DNA from: Naegleria gruberi
Lineage: Eukaryota
Length of the DNA: 64,000 nucleotides
Strand: one strand, 5' to 3'
Assembly: GCA_000004985.1 (NCBI GenBank)
Contig: GG738849.1
Shown here piece by piece: positions 32,149-44,442 of the stretch (its first letter is position 1; each line of letters begins with the position of its first letter). Below the pieces are notes generated by a model. It worked only from the letters and a program-made list of their open reading frames with translations, was not told the DNA's origin and did no database searches. The translations under genes were made by a program, and so were the position numbers.

Positions 32149-34020
32149 ATGGCTCCAATGAAGACTGCTGCTGTTACTACTCCAGCAACTACCACAACCA
32201 CAACTACTCCAGTCACTACCACAGCATTATTGCAAAATGTTCAATCCACACTTTCTAAATCCCTTGACACTTCTCTCAATGTCATTGGTAAACAACTTCA
32301 AACTCTGGGTGTTAACCTTCCACAAGATCAACAAGAAAAGCTTAGCATGGCTGTTGGTTTAACAGGAGTTGGTGCCACTCTTTATATTTTGAATAAGATC
32401 TGCAGTAAGATTATGAGAATGCTTACATTACCAAAACCAAGTTTTGCCAAGAAGGATTACGATGTAGTCATTGTTGGTGGTGGTATTGGTGGTTGTGCAT
32501 TGGGAAGTGCATTGTCTAAGGCTGGAAAGAATGTGTTGGTTCTTGAAAGAGATATGAGTGAGCCAGATCGTATCATTGGTGAATTGCTTCAACCTGGTGG
32601 TGTTCAACATTTGAAAGATTTGGGACTCGGACATTGTCTTGAAGGAATTGATGCTGCCAGAGTTTTTGGTTATCAAGTTTTCTATGGTGATGAACAAGTC
32701 AATTTGCCATACCCAGCTGATTCCAACAGTAAGGTTGGTGAAAAGGTCGAAGGTAGATCATTCCACTATGGTAGATTCATTATGAATTTGAGAAGAGCTT
32801 GTGAACAAGACGGGTAAGTATCAGTTAATTTTTTCACAAGTGTGATTGAAATATTTTATAGAGCTAAGATCTTGGAAAGAACTGTTGTTTCATTGATTGA
32901 AAAGACACCAGGTTTGATTGAAGGTGTTCAATATAAGGAAGGTGATGCCACTGTTGAAGCTACTGGTAATATCGTCGTTGTCTGTAACGGTGCTGGTAGC
33001 TCTTACACTAGACAAGTTCGTTCTGATAAGGTCGGAAGTGGTAACAAGCCATTGGTTGTTTCTCAATTCATTGGTTTGGAACTTGCTGCTTCTGCTGACA
33101 AGTTGCCAAGACCAAATCACGGAAACGTATTCCTCTTGCCAGATGCTCCTTGCTTGCTTTACCCAAATAGTACAACTACAGTTAGATGTTTGATCGATTT
33201 CCCTGATGGAGATGCCAACAAATTACCAAAGAGAGGCGAAGAAATGGCCAAATACCTGCTTGAATATATCATGCCACACTTGCCAGAAAATTTACATGAA
33301 TCTTTCAAAGCTGAAGTTGATGCTGGCAGAATTAAGGTTGTTCAAAATCGTGAAATGCCAGGTGAAACACCAGAATCACTCACCAAGAAGGGAGTTGTTC
33401 TGATTGGTGATGCCATGAATTGCAGACATCCAATCACTGGTGGTGGTATGACTGTCACATTCTCCGATTGTAAGGAATTAGTTAAGGCCATTGTTCAAAT
33501 TAAGGATTTGAACTGTGTTTCTGAAGTTGATGAAGCAATTCAATCATTCTATGTTAACAGATCTAAGGTTGCAAGCACTATTAACATTCTTGCCAACGCA
33601 TTGTACAGTATCTTTGCTCCACCATCTGGAAGCAAATCTTGGGAAGCATATAAGAGTGAAGGTAAGAAGCCAGACGCTCTCTCAAACAATGACAGCATGT
33701 CAATTATGCGTAGAGCTGTTTTCGGATATTTCAAGAAGGGTGGTATTTGTCAAACTGGTCCATTGTCATTATTGAGTGGTATTTGGCATTCACCATATGG
33801 TCTCATTGCTCACTTCTTCTCTGTGGCCGTTATTGGTTCAGTTGATCTCATTAAGGAAGGAGGTATTTTGGGTATCTTTGGAAGTATATATAAGAGTTTG
33901 AAGATGATAACTGGTGCTACTACTCTCATTGCTCCACTTATTGCTGAAGAACGTTTATTATCTTGTATTTTCCCTGGTTTCATTTGGAGAAGAAAGCCAC
34001 TTCCACACCACCAAAAGTAA
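32149..34020 (+). CDS. squalene monooxygenase (squalene epoxidase), copy A
   Basis: Exons 32149..32813 and 32862..34020. Intron is 48 nt, GTAAGT..TATAG, phase 2, and the join gives …ACEQDG|AKILERTVV…. FAD-binding DYDVVIVGGGIGGCA, LQPGG, and NCRHPITGGGMTV match squalene monooxygenase. T-rich N-terminal extension with one TM helix. Confidence 0.8.
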
Positions 34021-34379
34021 ATATCCCAAATCATTATAATCGAGTTTTTATCCTAATAAATCTAACTTAAAAATAATTAAAAAGTCTTACACATCATTTT
34101 GAAATTGGGATAGTTCAATAGCTATTTTTCAAACTGTATCTGAATAAAATTAAATTTTCTCTTCATAGCTCTTCATTTTCTTCGATTAGTTGTGGAGTTT
34201 CCTTGCGTGATTTTCACACCAGTCCACATTTTAAAATCCTTTGTAAACCGGGTTTTGTTTTGGTGGGAAAAGGGTTCGTGCAAAAGCTATTCCCGAATTG
34301 TCCGTTTAAGCAGCAATAAAGAAAAGCTAATAATCACAATTCCAACAATCAAACAGGTTTCAAAAAAACAAATCATTCC

Positions 34380-36099
34380 ATGGTAAATACCTTTCAGAAC
34401 TTTCACCTAATTGCAAACATGTTCCACCTCGAAAGTTTATTTCAACTGTTTCACACTTCACATAAGATGTGGACAATAACTGGTTGTGGTCTTGTTGGCC
34501 TAATCATTCACAGGATATTAAACAAGTTTTACAAACTCCTGACATTACCAAAACCAAGTTTTGCCAAGAAGGATTACGATGTCGTCATTGTTGGTGGTGG
34601 TATTGGTGGTTGTGCATTGGGAAGTGCATTGTCTAAGGCTGGAAAGAATGTGTTGGTTCTTGAAAGAGATATGAGTGAGCCAGATCGTATCATTGGTGAA
34701 TTGCTTCAACCTGGTGGTGTTCAACATTTGAAAGATTTGGGACTTGGACATTGTCTTGAAGGAATTGATGCTGCCAGAGTATTTGGTTATCAAGTTTTCT
34801 ATGGTGATGATGAACAGGTCAATTTGCCTTATCCAATCGTTGAGGGAGGAAGAGCAGAAGGTAGATCATTCCACTATGGAAGATTCATTATGAATTTGAG
34901 AAGAGCTTGTGAACAGGATGGGTAAGTATCAAATAGTTTTCATATCAACTTAATGAAACCGAATGTTAAAGGGCTACATTATTGGAAAGAACTGTTGTTT
35001 CATTGATTGAAAAGACACCAGGTCTGATTGAAGGTGTTCAGTATAAGAAAAACAACAACGATTCAACTGTTGATGTCACTTGCAAACTTGTGATTATTTG
35101 CAATGGAGCTGGTAGTTCATTCACTAGACAAGTTCGTTCTGATAGATTTGGAAATAAGCCATTGGTTGTTTCTCAATTCATTGGTTTGGAACTTGCTGAC
35201 AGTGCTGAAAAATTACCAAAACCAAATCACGGAAACGTTTTTGTTTTACCAACTGGACCTGTTTGCTTTACCCAAACAGTTCTTTAACAGTGAGATGTTT
35301 AGTCGACTTTCCACATCCTGATTCGAATAAGTTACCAAAGAGAGGTGAAGAAATGACCAAATACTTGCTTGAATATATCATGCCACACTTGCCAGAAAAT
35401 TTACATGAATCTTTCAAGGCCGAAGTTGATGCTAGCAGAATTAAGGTTGTTCAAAATCGTGAAATGCCAGGTGAAACACCAGAATCACTCACCAAGAAGG
35501 GAGTTGTTCTGATTGGTGATGCCATGAATTGCAGACATCCAATCACTGGTGGTGGTATGACTGTCACTTTCTCCGATTGTAAGGAATTAGTTAAGGCCAT
35601 TATTCAAATTAAGGATTTGAACTGTGTTTCTGAAGTTGATGAAGCCATTCAATCATTCTATTCAAATAGGAAAAAAGTTGCATCCACAATTAATATTCTT
35701 GCAAATGCTTTGTATTCGATTCTTGCTCCTTCATTAACAGTAGTAAGAAATGATCAAGAGAAAACAATACACAAAGATGACACAGTTTCCTTATTGCGTA
35801 GAGCTGTTTTTAGGTACTTACAAAGGGGAAGCTTTTGTCAAACTGGTCCATTGTCATTATTGAGTGGTTTGTGGCATTCACCATATGGCCTTTTATTTCA
35901 TTTCTTTTCTGTTGCCTTACTGGGTTCAGTTGATCTCATTAAGGAAGGAGGTATTTTGGGTATATTTGGAAGTTTATATAAGAGTTTGAAGATGATAACT
36001 GGTGCTACTACTCTCATTGCTCCACTAATTGCTGAGGAACGTTTATTATCTTGTGTGTTTCCTCGATTCTTTTGGAAGAGAACTGCACCGATCAAGTAG
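34380..36099 (+). CDS. squalene monooxygenase paralog, copy B (frame-disrupted; possible young pseudogene)
   Basis: ATG at 34380. Exon 1 is 34380..34921 and a 50-nt GTAAGT intron has its acceptor at about 34971. It is about 90% identical to copy A from 'LTLPKPSFAKKDYDVV' onward but has an unrelated 55-aa N-terminus. Relative to copy A it carries a 1-nt deletion near 35263-35270 (A: ccttgcttgcttt; B: cctgtttgcttt). That creates a stop (…PTGPVCFTQTVL*), after which the copy-A-homologous frame continues intact to a TAG at 36099. Confidence 0.6.
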
Positions 36100-36506
36100 C
36101 TGTAATGGTCTTATCTGCTCACTCGTGTGCCTCAACAATTATGAATAAATCTGAAATACTTACATTATTTGTTGTTCTAGAGAATCTCTTGTCCTTTGGA
36201 AAGGTCTTTATTGTTATGGTATTAGTGCTTGGGGGGTGGAAACTGTAGAACTCATTCTACACAGCATTCATGAGTTAACTGATGAATGGAATCAACGTCT
36301 ATATTATTATATAACTGTAGTTTATCTAATACCAATCTCCTTAGTTGTTGACAATGGATTTCATTGATTATTCTAAAGACGCATATTCAATACCGGGAAT
36401 TGAAATATGAGCGAAACTTTCCCGCCATTTCGAAAACCCGGACCGGATTCTATTTCCCTTAATTTAACAAGACAACATTTCCAAACAATTTATAACAAAA
36501 AACAAA

Positions 36507-37182
36507 ATGGCAAAAGCTGAATTTCTAAAAGCACCAATTCATGATCTTTACGCCTGGGCTCGTACCAGTTCATTGTGGCCAGTTTCCTTTGGCTTGGCCT
36601 GTTGTGCAGTAGAAATGATGCACACCTCAGCATCTGTAAGTTTATTGATCATGTTACACATTCTTCAATGTTGATTGGTGTTAAAAAGAGATATGATATT
36701 GAAAGAATGGGTATCTTTTACAGACCAACTCCTCGTCAATCTGATGCCATGATTATTGCTGGCACTTTGACAAATAAGATGGCACCAGCACTTCGTAAAG
36801 TTTGGGATCAAATGTCTGAACCAAAGTATTCAATTTCAATGGGATCTTGTGCGAATGGTGGTGGATATTATCATTATTCGTATCATGTTGTGAGAGGTGC
36901 TGATCAGATAGTTCCTGTGGATGTTTATGTTCCTGGTTGTCCTCCAAGTAAGTAATTGTTAGTTCAATTATAGAATACTAAATGGAATGATAGCTGCTGT
37001 GAGTATTAAAGTATTAAATAAGTGAATTAACATTCATTTAGGAAGCATTATTGTATGGTATTTACATGTTACAAAAGAAAATTAAGAGAAATCCATATAG
37101 AGCTGATGTGATTGCAGAAGATTTCAATCATTATCCAGGAAAGGTTGAAAGAAATCAAATAACACCACTCAATCAATTGTAA
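36507..37182 (+). CDS. NADH:ubiquinone oxidoreductase 20 kDa subunit (NDUFS7/PSST, complex I)
   Basis: Four exons: 36507..36635, 36689..36947, 36994..36998 (a 5-nt micro-exon 'CTGCT' flanked by GTAAGT and GTGAGT introns) and 37042..37182. Translation gives …[20 protein letters not shown]|[12 protein letters not shown]…[37 protein letters not shown]|TA|[19 protein letters not shown]…. The 'PPTAEALLYG' junction matches NDUFS7 homologs exactly. Confidence 0.75.
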
Positions 37183-37237
37183 TTCAAGTGGAGGAATTAA
37201 TGGTGAATAAATAAATATATTAAGGGTGTAGGAAATT

Positions 37238-39010
37238 CTATAAATCCCAAATATCTGGTGAAATTCCATTTGATGATTTGGAGGTTGATTGATCATTCTC
37301 TGTCATGGAGTTTATGAACTCTATTACTGAAGATAGAAAAGTATCCTGATTTTCTTGATTCCAATCCACATGTGTTTCTATAAAATCAGTCGACGAAACA
37401 ACTGTTGGAAATGGATCAGACATGACAATTTGTCTTTTTAGAATTTCACTACATTCCTCAATTAATTGCTTGTTACTTTTGTAGACATTTTTGAATCTCG
37501 CTCCTAATGATTCGAGGGCTTTCAAATCTTTTTCCAGTAATGCAAAATTATCAAATGAAATAGTTTTTCCAGATGATGTTCGAATGGATGACTTTCTATC
37601 ACGTCTTTTCTCCTCAATTTCCTTACAAAGATTCAAATGAAATTCACATGCTTTTCTTATTCCTACATCTGTGAAAGGATAGGCAAATCTAAGTTGTTTT
37701 TGAATATAAAACTGATATCAAAGAGATAGATTACATACTTGAAAAGATCATTCTCAGTTAGGAGTGTAATTCTCAGTGCAGTTTCCTCAATTAAGGATTC
37801 TCCAGAAATTTGAGGAATCTTCATAAAGAACATTAACCTAAAGCCATCACTAATAATATTTCTCACCAAGTTATCAAGATCCATATAATTCTTTGATATG
37901 CATGATTGATCCTTCATGTTGGTATCAATCACCACACTCATCTTTAGTTGATTTGCAAAACCAACTACGCTTTCTAATAAATATTTGAAAATCAAGTAAT
38001 TGGAAGAATCAGGTTGACTATTTTTCAAATAATTCCAAACTTCAGGCATTATAAAATCTTGAATCGATTTACCTTGCAGTATTTTACAAAAATTGACTAA
38101 TGCCGAAATAAGTGCAGTAAAATCTCCCACAGAATCATTATCACTCACATAGGACAAGAACAAGTATGATTGATGAAAATTTCTCTCAAATATGTCGACT
38201 ATTTCCATATCATCCTTTCTTTTCAAAAAGTATAAATCAGCATAATGTCTATAAAATCTTGTCTTCTCCTCTTGACAAGATGCTCTTAAATATAAACTAA
38301 GAGCACAACACCCCGCAGCATAATACATATTATCAAAGCACTGGAATGAATATTTGTGAATTTGTTTTTCACATAAACCAGCAGCAAGCTCTGCTAGTTC
38401 ACTATCAGCATTGAATTGATAATACAGTGAAAGCAGAGCCGAATACCAAACCAATAGACCCTTCATTTCTTCCTCTGATTTAATCAACTCATTAAATTCC
38501 AATAATTCAGTCTCCTCCACTTGTAAACACAACTCTAGACCATTCATTGTAAAGTGGGAAAACTTTTCTCTCGATAGAATAGGACACCCATTCGCTAATA
38601 TATCAAAATAAAAGTTTACCAATATCATACCATCAGGGAGGAGAACACCTTTCCATTCGGGACTAATTTTCCTCTTCTTTCTCTTTGAATTATCCAACAA
38701 ATTTGATTTTCTTCCTTTCCTTGGTTCATACTGAATTTTCATCATCATTCAAAATGTTTACTTCAAAAAGAATTTAAATAAACGTACGGAACAAGTAATT
38801 CCCCTTGTGGAGCAATAGGAACAGGCAGGTAATTTCTTGTCACACTAATTATAATTAATAAATTTAATTATTTCGGAATGAAGAATTTACCTTTTTGTGA
38901 TTGGTTTTACATTTGATACATGAAATTGGGTAAAATTGTTGTGGTGGTTGCTGTTGCTCTTCATTACTATCTGAAGTAGCAAAAGATGGGCTAGGAGGTG
39001 TTGTGAACAT
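37238..39010 (-). CDS. Zn(II)2Cys6 (GAL4-type) zinc-cluster transcription factor with fungal-type middle homology region
   Basis: Four exons (minus strand): 38891..39010, 38788..38844, 37739..38730, 37238..37688. Introns are 46, 57 and 50 nt. The N-terminus, spliced across the first intron, reads SCIKCKTNHKK|CDKKLPACSYCSTRGITC (CX2CX6CX6CX2CX6C), followed by a basic KRKKRK stretch. TAG stop. Confidence 0.7.
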
Positions 39011-39053
39011 TTTTTTTACTCATTAATTCAGTCAATTAGGGAAATCATCTCTC

Positions 39054-40112
39054 TTATAAACTAATGATGAAAGGGATATTCTTAAGCATTAGTTTGTAAT
39101 TACCTCTGAGTTCTTTTGCTCTTTTAATAAACTTTTCCTTATCTATTTCTCGATTTTCTAACCAATTCATTTGAACCTGCTTAATAAATTGGTGTTGTTC
39201 ATTTTGATCAGAAAACGTGTTTGTGCTCAACCTTTCCTGAATGTAGAGAGAGAGACCACTTTTAGGAGGTGGAACATAATTTTGAAATTGAGCCAAGTTG
39301 TTGAGAAATAGTCCTTTCCAAAACAAATCAATAAAGGCAGTTTCTTCCTTCTCGTTTTCTAATAAATTGAGACTGAAATCACGATTAATTTGTCCACTTT
39401 TGATTACTTCAATATTATTGAAACGAAGGGTTTGTTGAGAGCAATTTCTAATAAATATAGGAAGTCCATCATCTCTAAAAGTTAATATTACAGATCTAGA
39501 CAATCCAAAGCTCATTGTCATGAATCTTGTCATTTTCAGCTTGGTTAAGAATTTTTGTAATTTCATTCTCTTTTCAATATCCAACCATTCGTTCAATTGT
39601 TTCAGTCTTGGCTTGATTGCCTTAATATTCCCCTTCTCCTTCGATTGTAAATTTGCCACACAAGTCAATAATTTCCTATGAACTCCATTCTTCCACTTCA
39701 ATCCAATACAATTTCCGAGCATCCCTACAAATGCCAAAGATTCGAGTGCTTGAATTGGTTCGTTATTTTCCATCGGATCTTCTTCCGTTCTTCCCCTTTT
39801 GACTCCCATAAATTGTTCATAAGGACCATAATCAAAATTATCCAATAATGAAACTAATGAGGAGGATCTAATGTTGAACCTATTTTCTTCATTCCTTGAT
39901 ATACAAAATACATGTTCAAAGTAATATTGACAAAATTCGGAATGTATTAATGTCTGATTAAAGAGACGATTTACTAATCGGCAGCCATCAAATTCATCAA
40001 CTTGTTTTGGAGATTCATGATGAACACAAAACAGATCGCAAGGAGAGAGATAGGAAAGAACCTTCTCTAAAATTAATTCCTGTTCGTGCCACTTTAAATA
40101 ATGTAGAGACAT
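39054..40112 (-). CDS. F-box-like domain protein
   Basis: ATG at 40112, 352 codons, TAA stop at 39054-56. N-terminal F-box-like motif ELILEKVLSYLSPCDLFCV. Confidence 0.6.
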   Translation of the reverse strand: MSLHYLKWHEQELILEKVLSYLSPCDLFCVHHESPKQVDEFDGCRLVNRLFNQTLIHSEFCQYYFEHVFCISRNEENRFNIRSSSLVSLLDNFDYGPYEQFMGVKRGRTEEDPMENNEPIQALESLAFVGMLGNCIGLKWKNGVHRKLLTCVANLQSKEKGNIKAIKPRLKQLNEWLDIEKRMKLQKFLTKLKMTRFMTMSFGLSRSVILTFRDDGLPIFIRNCSQQTLRFNNIEVIKSGQINRDFSLNLLENEKEETAFIDLFWKGLFLNNLAQFQNYVPPPKSGLSLYIQERLSTNTFSDQNEQHQFIKQVQMNWLENREIDKEKFIKRAKELRGNYKLMLKNIPFIISL

Positions 40113-40354
40113 TTTTTATTGTAATCAAATGAGAAAGTTAATATTTACAAGATGATGAGTTAGATGTTTAAGAGTTGGGCCATTAGAGCTTTCAATTGCT
40201 TTTCCTTTTCAGAGTAGTCAGTGCTTCCATGCATTCCTTCTGCATACTTTTTGAGTTGAGAAATTTCACTTTTAATCTTTTTCTCTAGCTGAGCACATTC
40301 TGCCATATCCTTAGTTTCTAATAAAGTTAAATTAAATTGTGAAATGTCAATAGG

Positions 40355-42766
40355 TTAATACTTACTGAGCATTGATAATTTCTCTTGATGATTTTCTTTA
40401 AGTTGTTTAAGCTTGGAATTCAGTTCTTGATGCTTTTGAATTTGAGAGGATATTTCTTGTTGAAATTTGGTATACGAATTCTTCATCTTTTTAGCCAAAT
40501 TCATCATGGACTCCTCAACTTCCAATACGGTCTGTTTGTGTAAAGCAGCAAGAGATTCTCTTTCCTTCAACCTCTTTTTCTTTGTCTCTGCCACCATCTT
40601 TTTGATATTTTCCAAGGTTGTCTTTTTCATGCTCTCTAGCTTTCTCTTCTTTTTCTCTTGTTGTTTCTTAATTATGGTTGACATCATGGCAGTAACCTCA
40701 CTTGAGAAATCATCGCTTTCATTGTCTTCGCAGTGCTTTCTCTTGGTTCCCTTCTTGGATTTTGGAGTTGGTTGAATATAAAAAGTCTCATCAAGGTTGA
40801 GCCCTCCAAAGGTTGTATCAATACCACTAGGATCATCGAACAGTCTTCTCTCTACGAGTGGAGATTTGGAGGAATGAGAGTCAGAGTCTTCGAACACTGA
40901 AACAGTAGTGCTGTTGGTTGAGATCATATCAGGAAGAGGTGCATTAAGGAATGTTCCCCAATCAGAAAACTTTTCATTCACGTCCATAGTTGCTATGGTT
41001 GAGATACCATCACATGGTGTTTTGGATTTGTCTGGTGAGTTTACAACTTGTTCTAATAAATCACCAATCCGTGAGCTAATTGGTTGCTCTACATCCATTT
41101 TCTTTTCTTCCATCTCTTTTGACTTTTTCTTTGAGGAAGAGGAGCTCTTTTTAGTTGCTTTGGTCTTTTCTGTCTTCTTGGATGTTGAACGTGTGGTTGG
41201 CTTTTTCTTTCTAGAGTTAGTTTCCTTGTCATCCTTTTTCTTGGAGGTAGTGTTTTTATCGCTTGATGACTTTTCTTGCTTAGTTTCCTCCTCCTGTTTC
41301 TTTTCCATTTGCACTGCTTCTACTTTTGTTGGTGGAGTAAGCTCTTGACTTTGAGTAGCCTTTAGTGGAATGATGGAGGTAGAAACCTTTCTTGTTACCT
41401 CTTTGGTTGGATTAGGCTTAGCAATCTCTGGGATTGGTGGTTGATTGATGAGCTCCTCTTTTTGTTTGTTCTTCTCTCTGCAGGCAGAAATCAAACCAGA
41501 AATTGTCTTCTTAATTAATTGTAAAGATTCCTTAGTCATATCAATACCAATTATTTGAGAATCATCTGTTGCGTCATAGTATGCTTCATATCCGTCCAAC
41601 TCGTTGAATAACTGGAGAACTAGTTGACGTTGTTTGTAGGAAAGTCTCAATGTTCTAATGTTTGTGTATTCAAAATCAACAATGTCTTTGATATCATCTC
41701 CTGGTTGAGTAATGAAACAGCTCATTGAACGAGTACCAAAATCAACCCACCCAGGGAAACATTCATAAGCACCCATCTTCATCTTCTCAGTCTTGATAGA
41801 ATAGACAGTTCTCTTATCTTCGGATATTTGTTCATTCATTTCCACAACAAATGATCTAATACTCTCCACAAAAGCATCATCACCCTTGATATTATTGAAA
41901 ATGACAACAATCTTGTCTGTTGCATCACCAAAGCATTGGAAAATTGATCGAATTGCACTCTCTGTAGAATTATTCCATGAAGTCAATCTGAATAGAATCT
42001 CAGTGATGTTAGCTTGCAATCCATAGTCACCTGCTTCCATAAGGCTCTCTGCCAAAGTTGTCATCAATGATGGAGAGTTGAGTAGGACCAACTTGTTTTC
42101 CTTAGAGTGTTTCACCAATTGATTGATGTTCTCAGCTGAATGTCTCCTCACAAATACATCATACTTCTTAGGCTTTGAAATCACTCTCACTAAGGCTGGA
42201 ATGAATTTCTCTCCGAACAAGAGCTTTGCATTCGAACTTTCAAAGAAGGAGTGAGTAGTACACAAATAGTTACAGAATAGCTTCTCCCAACTATCTCGGA
42301 TTCTAGCCTCTGAAGCAGTTTCTTCCTGTTCTGATGTAATCTTCTCAAAGAAGAGTTCAAATCTGATAAACAAATCGTACATGACAGAGACGAAACTATC
42401 AACAGATAAGAGACTGGAACAAGCCTCATTCCGATCTGACAAATTCATCATGAGACGAAGTAGGATCTTGACATTTTCCACTCTGATAATTTCCTTCTCA
42501 CATTCCTACATTATCGTGACAAGCCATAGTAGTTATTGTTGAAAGATCCGATGATGAATGTTACTTACTTTGTGTAATAAATCACAAAGCCTTTCGGCTT
42601 GTTTCCTATCGAATGAAGAAGTATCCTGTTCAGTCAACTCTTCATTGTCCTTGTAAAATTCCTCCAGAAGAGCACAGGCTTTTGAGGGTGATGCATGTAA
42701 AATTTCCTCAATCTTGATTTTAGGCTTGATTGAGTCGATCAAAAATTTGAGATTACTTACGTTCAT
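40355..42766 (-). CDS. hypothetical protein with K/S/T-rich disordered region and C-terminal coiled coil
   Basis: Exon 1 is 42569..42766 (ATG at about 42766). A 63-nt GTAAGT..TAG intron joins it to the main exon (track ORF 40355..42481, extended 5' to the acceptor at about 42505); the join reads …LCDLLHK|ECEKEIIRVENVKILL…. Lys-rich tract (KKKDDKETNSRKKKPTTRSTSKK…). TAA stop. Confidence 0.6.
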
Positions 42767-42937
42767 AGTTGACACAATCGTTTTGTTTTTTTTGAAAGTG
42801 TTTTTAGAGTTTGGGAGGCAATTATTCTACAGCAAATACGCGCCAAAAATTCAAAGCCTTGGCTAAGAGTTGTGTTAGTTTCGGAATTAATTCATGAGTA
42901 GATCCTGATGAATTTCAGGTCAATTTGTAAAACTCGA

Positions 42938-44236
42938 TTACACTAATTTGTTAGAAATCATCTCAAAGCACTCTTCACAGCAAGCTCTGCAAAAGTGAGG
43001 AATATTTTCTATTTGATTGGAACTGAATTTTGGCAATTTCAAAAGAGCAATAAAGTGAATTCCTGACTTGGGTGACATTAAGGTATTACAGTGAGAGCAT
43101 GGCCTCAATCTATTATGATCCATCAAATCTTCATGAATATGTTTAGGCATTGTATTTTTGTAATGTGATTTCAACAAATCGAAATTCATTCCCTTTGATG
43201 AATGTTCGTGATATGTTGGAGCTCCAAATGAGATAGTGGATGTTGGTTGAACTTCCAAAGGTATGCTCAAATCCTGGTCCATTAAATCTTCTATTATTGA
43301 ACTATTATGCTTTTGCGTAGTTGTTGGTGGTAAATTCATTTTGCAGCAGTGACCAGCACATAGTGCATGATCAGAATTGACTATAAATCTCTTGGCCAAC
43401 TCTAATAGTGTGGTATCATGTCTCGAATACATGTTTCTATATAATCTTTCATTAATAGTTATAGTGTTAATTCTAAAAGTTCTCAATTTTAGTAGATTTT
43501 GCAACTCGAATGGCAAACAAAATATTGGATTATTCTGCAAGTATAATCTCATTAATCGTTTACAATTTTCCAATTCTCTTGGAACAGTAATTAATTGATT
43601 CCCAGAAACATCCAATTCCACTAAATTAACACATTCTCCTATATAACTCGGTAAAGAACTCAATTGGTTATTCGAAAGTATCAATCTAGACAATGAATGC
43701 ACAGGAAATGGATTTCCCTGTAGTGGCAATGCACTGATCAAATTATTATCCAACGAAATTAATCGACAATTATACAAATTCTTCCAACTTTCCTCCTTCT
43801 TAATTTCCTGAATTTGATTATCATTCAACAACAAACGTTCAACCCTCGAAAATATTGATAAACAATTCGGAACAGCACTCAACACATTCTGTCCAACATT
43901 CAGCTCCCAAATTGCATTCAAGTGTTGATCAATTTTAATGTAATCCTGCATTGAAATTTCCACAATATTCAAAATCTTGTCGCTTATCTGCATATTCGCA
44001 AAATTCAAAACTCTATATCGAAAATCAATAGCTCGTGTGATGGATGAAATGATTGAGAGAATGATTTGATTTTCCTCATCGGAAGTTGGTAATAAAATTG
44101 GATCAATTGTTGATGTGGTGAAAGATTGTTGATTATCGGAATTGTTATTATTATTGGTATTTAATTGATTTTGATTGTTACCATCTTCATCTTGAGAATT
44201 GGGTGTGGAAGATGGTGATTGATCGTTTGGATTCAT
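42938..44236 (-). CDS. leucine-rich repeat protein with Cys/His-rich C-terminal region
   Basis: ATG at 44236, 432 codons, TAA stop. N/Q-rich N-terminus, about eight LRRs (LxxLxLxxNxL, e.g. LSRLILSNNQLSSLP, LVELDVSGNQLITVP) and a C-terminal C/H-rich segment. Confidence 0.65.
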   Translation of the reverse strand: MNPNDQSPSSTPNSQDEDGNNQNQLNTNNNNNSDNQQSFTTSTIDPILLPTSDEENQIILSIISSITRAIDFRYRVLNFANMQISDKILNIVEISMQDYIKIDQHLNAIWELNVGQNVLSAVPNCLSIFSRVERLLLNDNQIQEIKKEESWKNLYNCRLISLDNNLISALPLQGNPFPVHSLSRLILSNNQLSSLPSYIGECVNLVELDVSGNQLITVPRELENCKRLMRLYLQNNPIFCLPFELQNLLKLRTFRINTITINERLYRNMYSRHDTTLLELAKRFIVNSDHALCAGHCCKMNLPPTTTQKHNSSIIEDLMDQDLSIPLEVQPTSTISFGAPTYHEHSSKGMNFDLLKSHYKNTMPKHIHEDLMDHNRLRPCSHCNTLMSPKSGIHFIALLKLPKFSSNQIENIPHFCRACCEECFEMISNKLV

Positions 44237-44397
44237 TTTTTTAGAAATTTAATTTATTACAAAAAAAATGTAAAGTATTGAACAACAAAAAACATTTTTG
44301 TAAAGTAGTTGAGTATTACAGATTTTTATGGATGAGTAATTGATAAATAATAATCAATTAATTTTTAAGTTTCATGAAGGAAGGAATAGGTTTTTAA

Positions 44398-44442
44398 CTA
44401 TGTATTTAAGGAGAGTGAAGTACTAAGATAAATTAATGTGCT
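44398..44442 (+). promoter_or_regulatory. conserved tRNA-Gln 5' flank (TATTTAAG … ATAAATTAATGTG)
   Basis: The same two AT-rich blocks sit at the same spacing upstream of all three tRNA-Gln copies. On the coding strand of the other two they lie at 26283..26340 and 45079..45135. Likely upstream Pol III elements (TATA-like). Confidence 0.45.
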
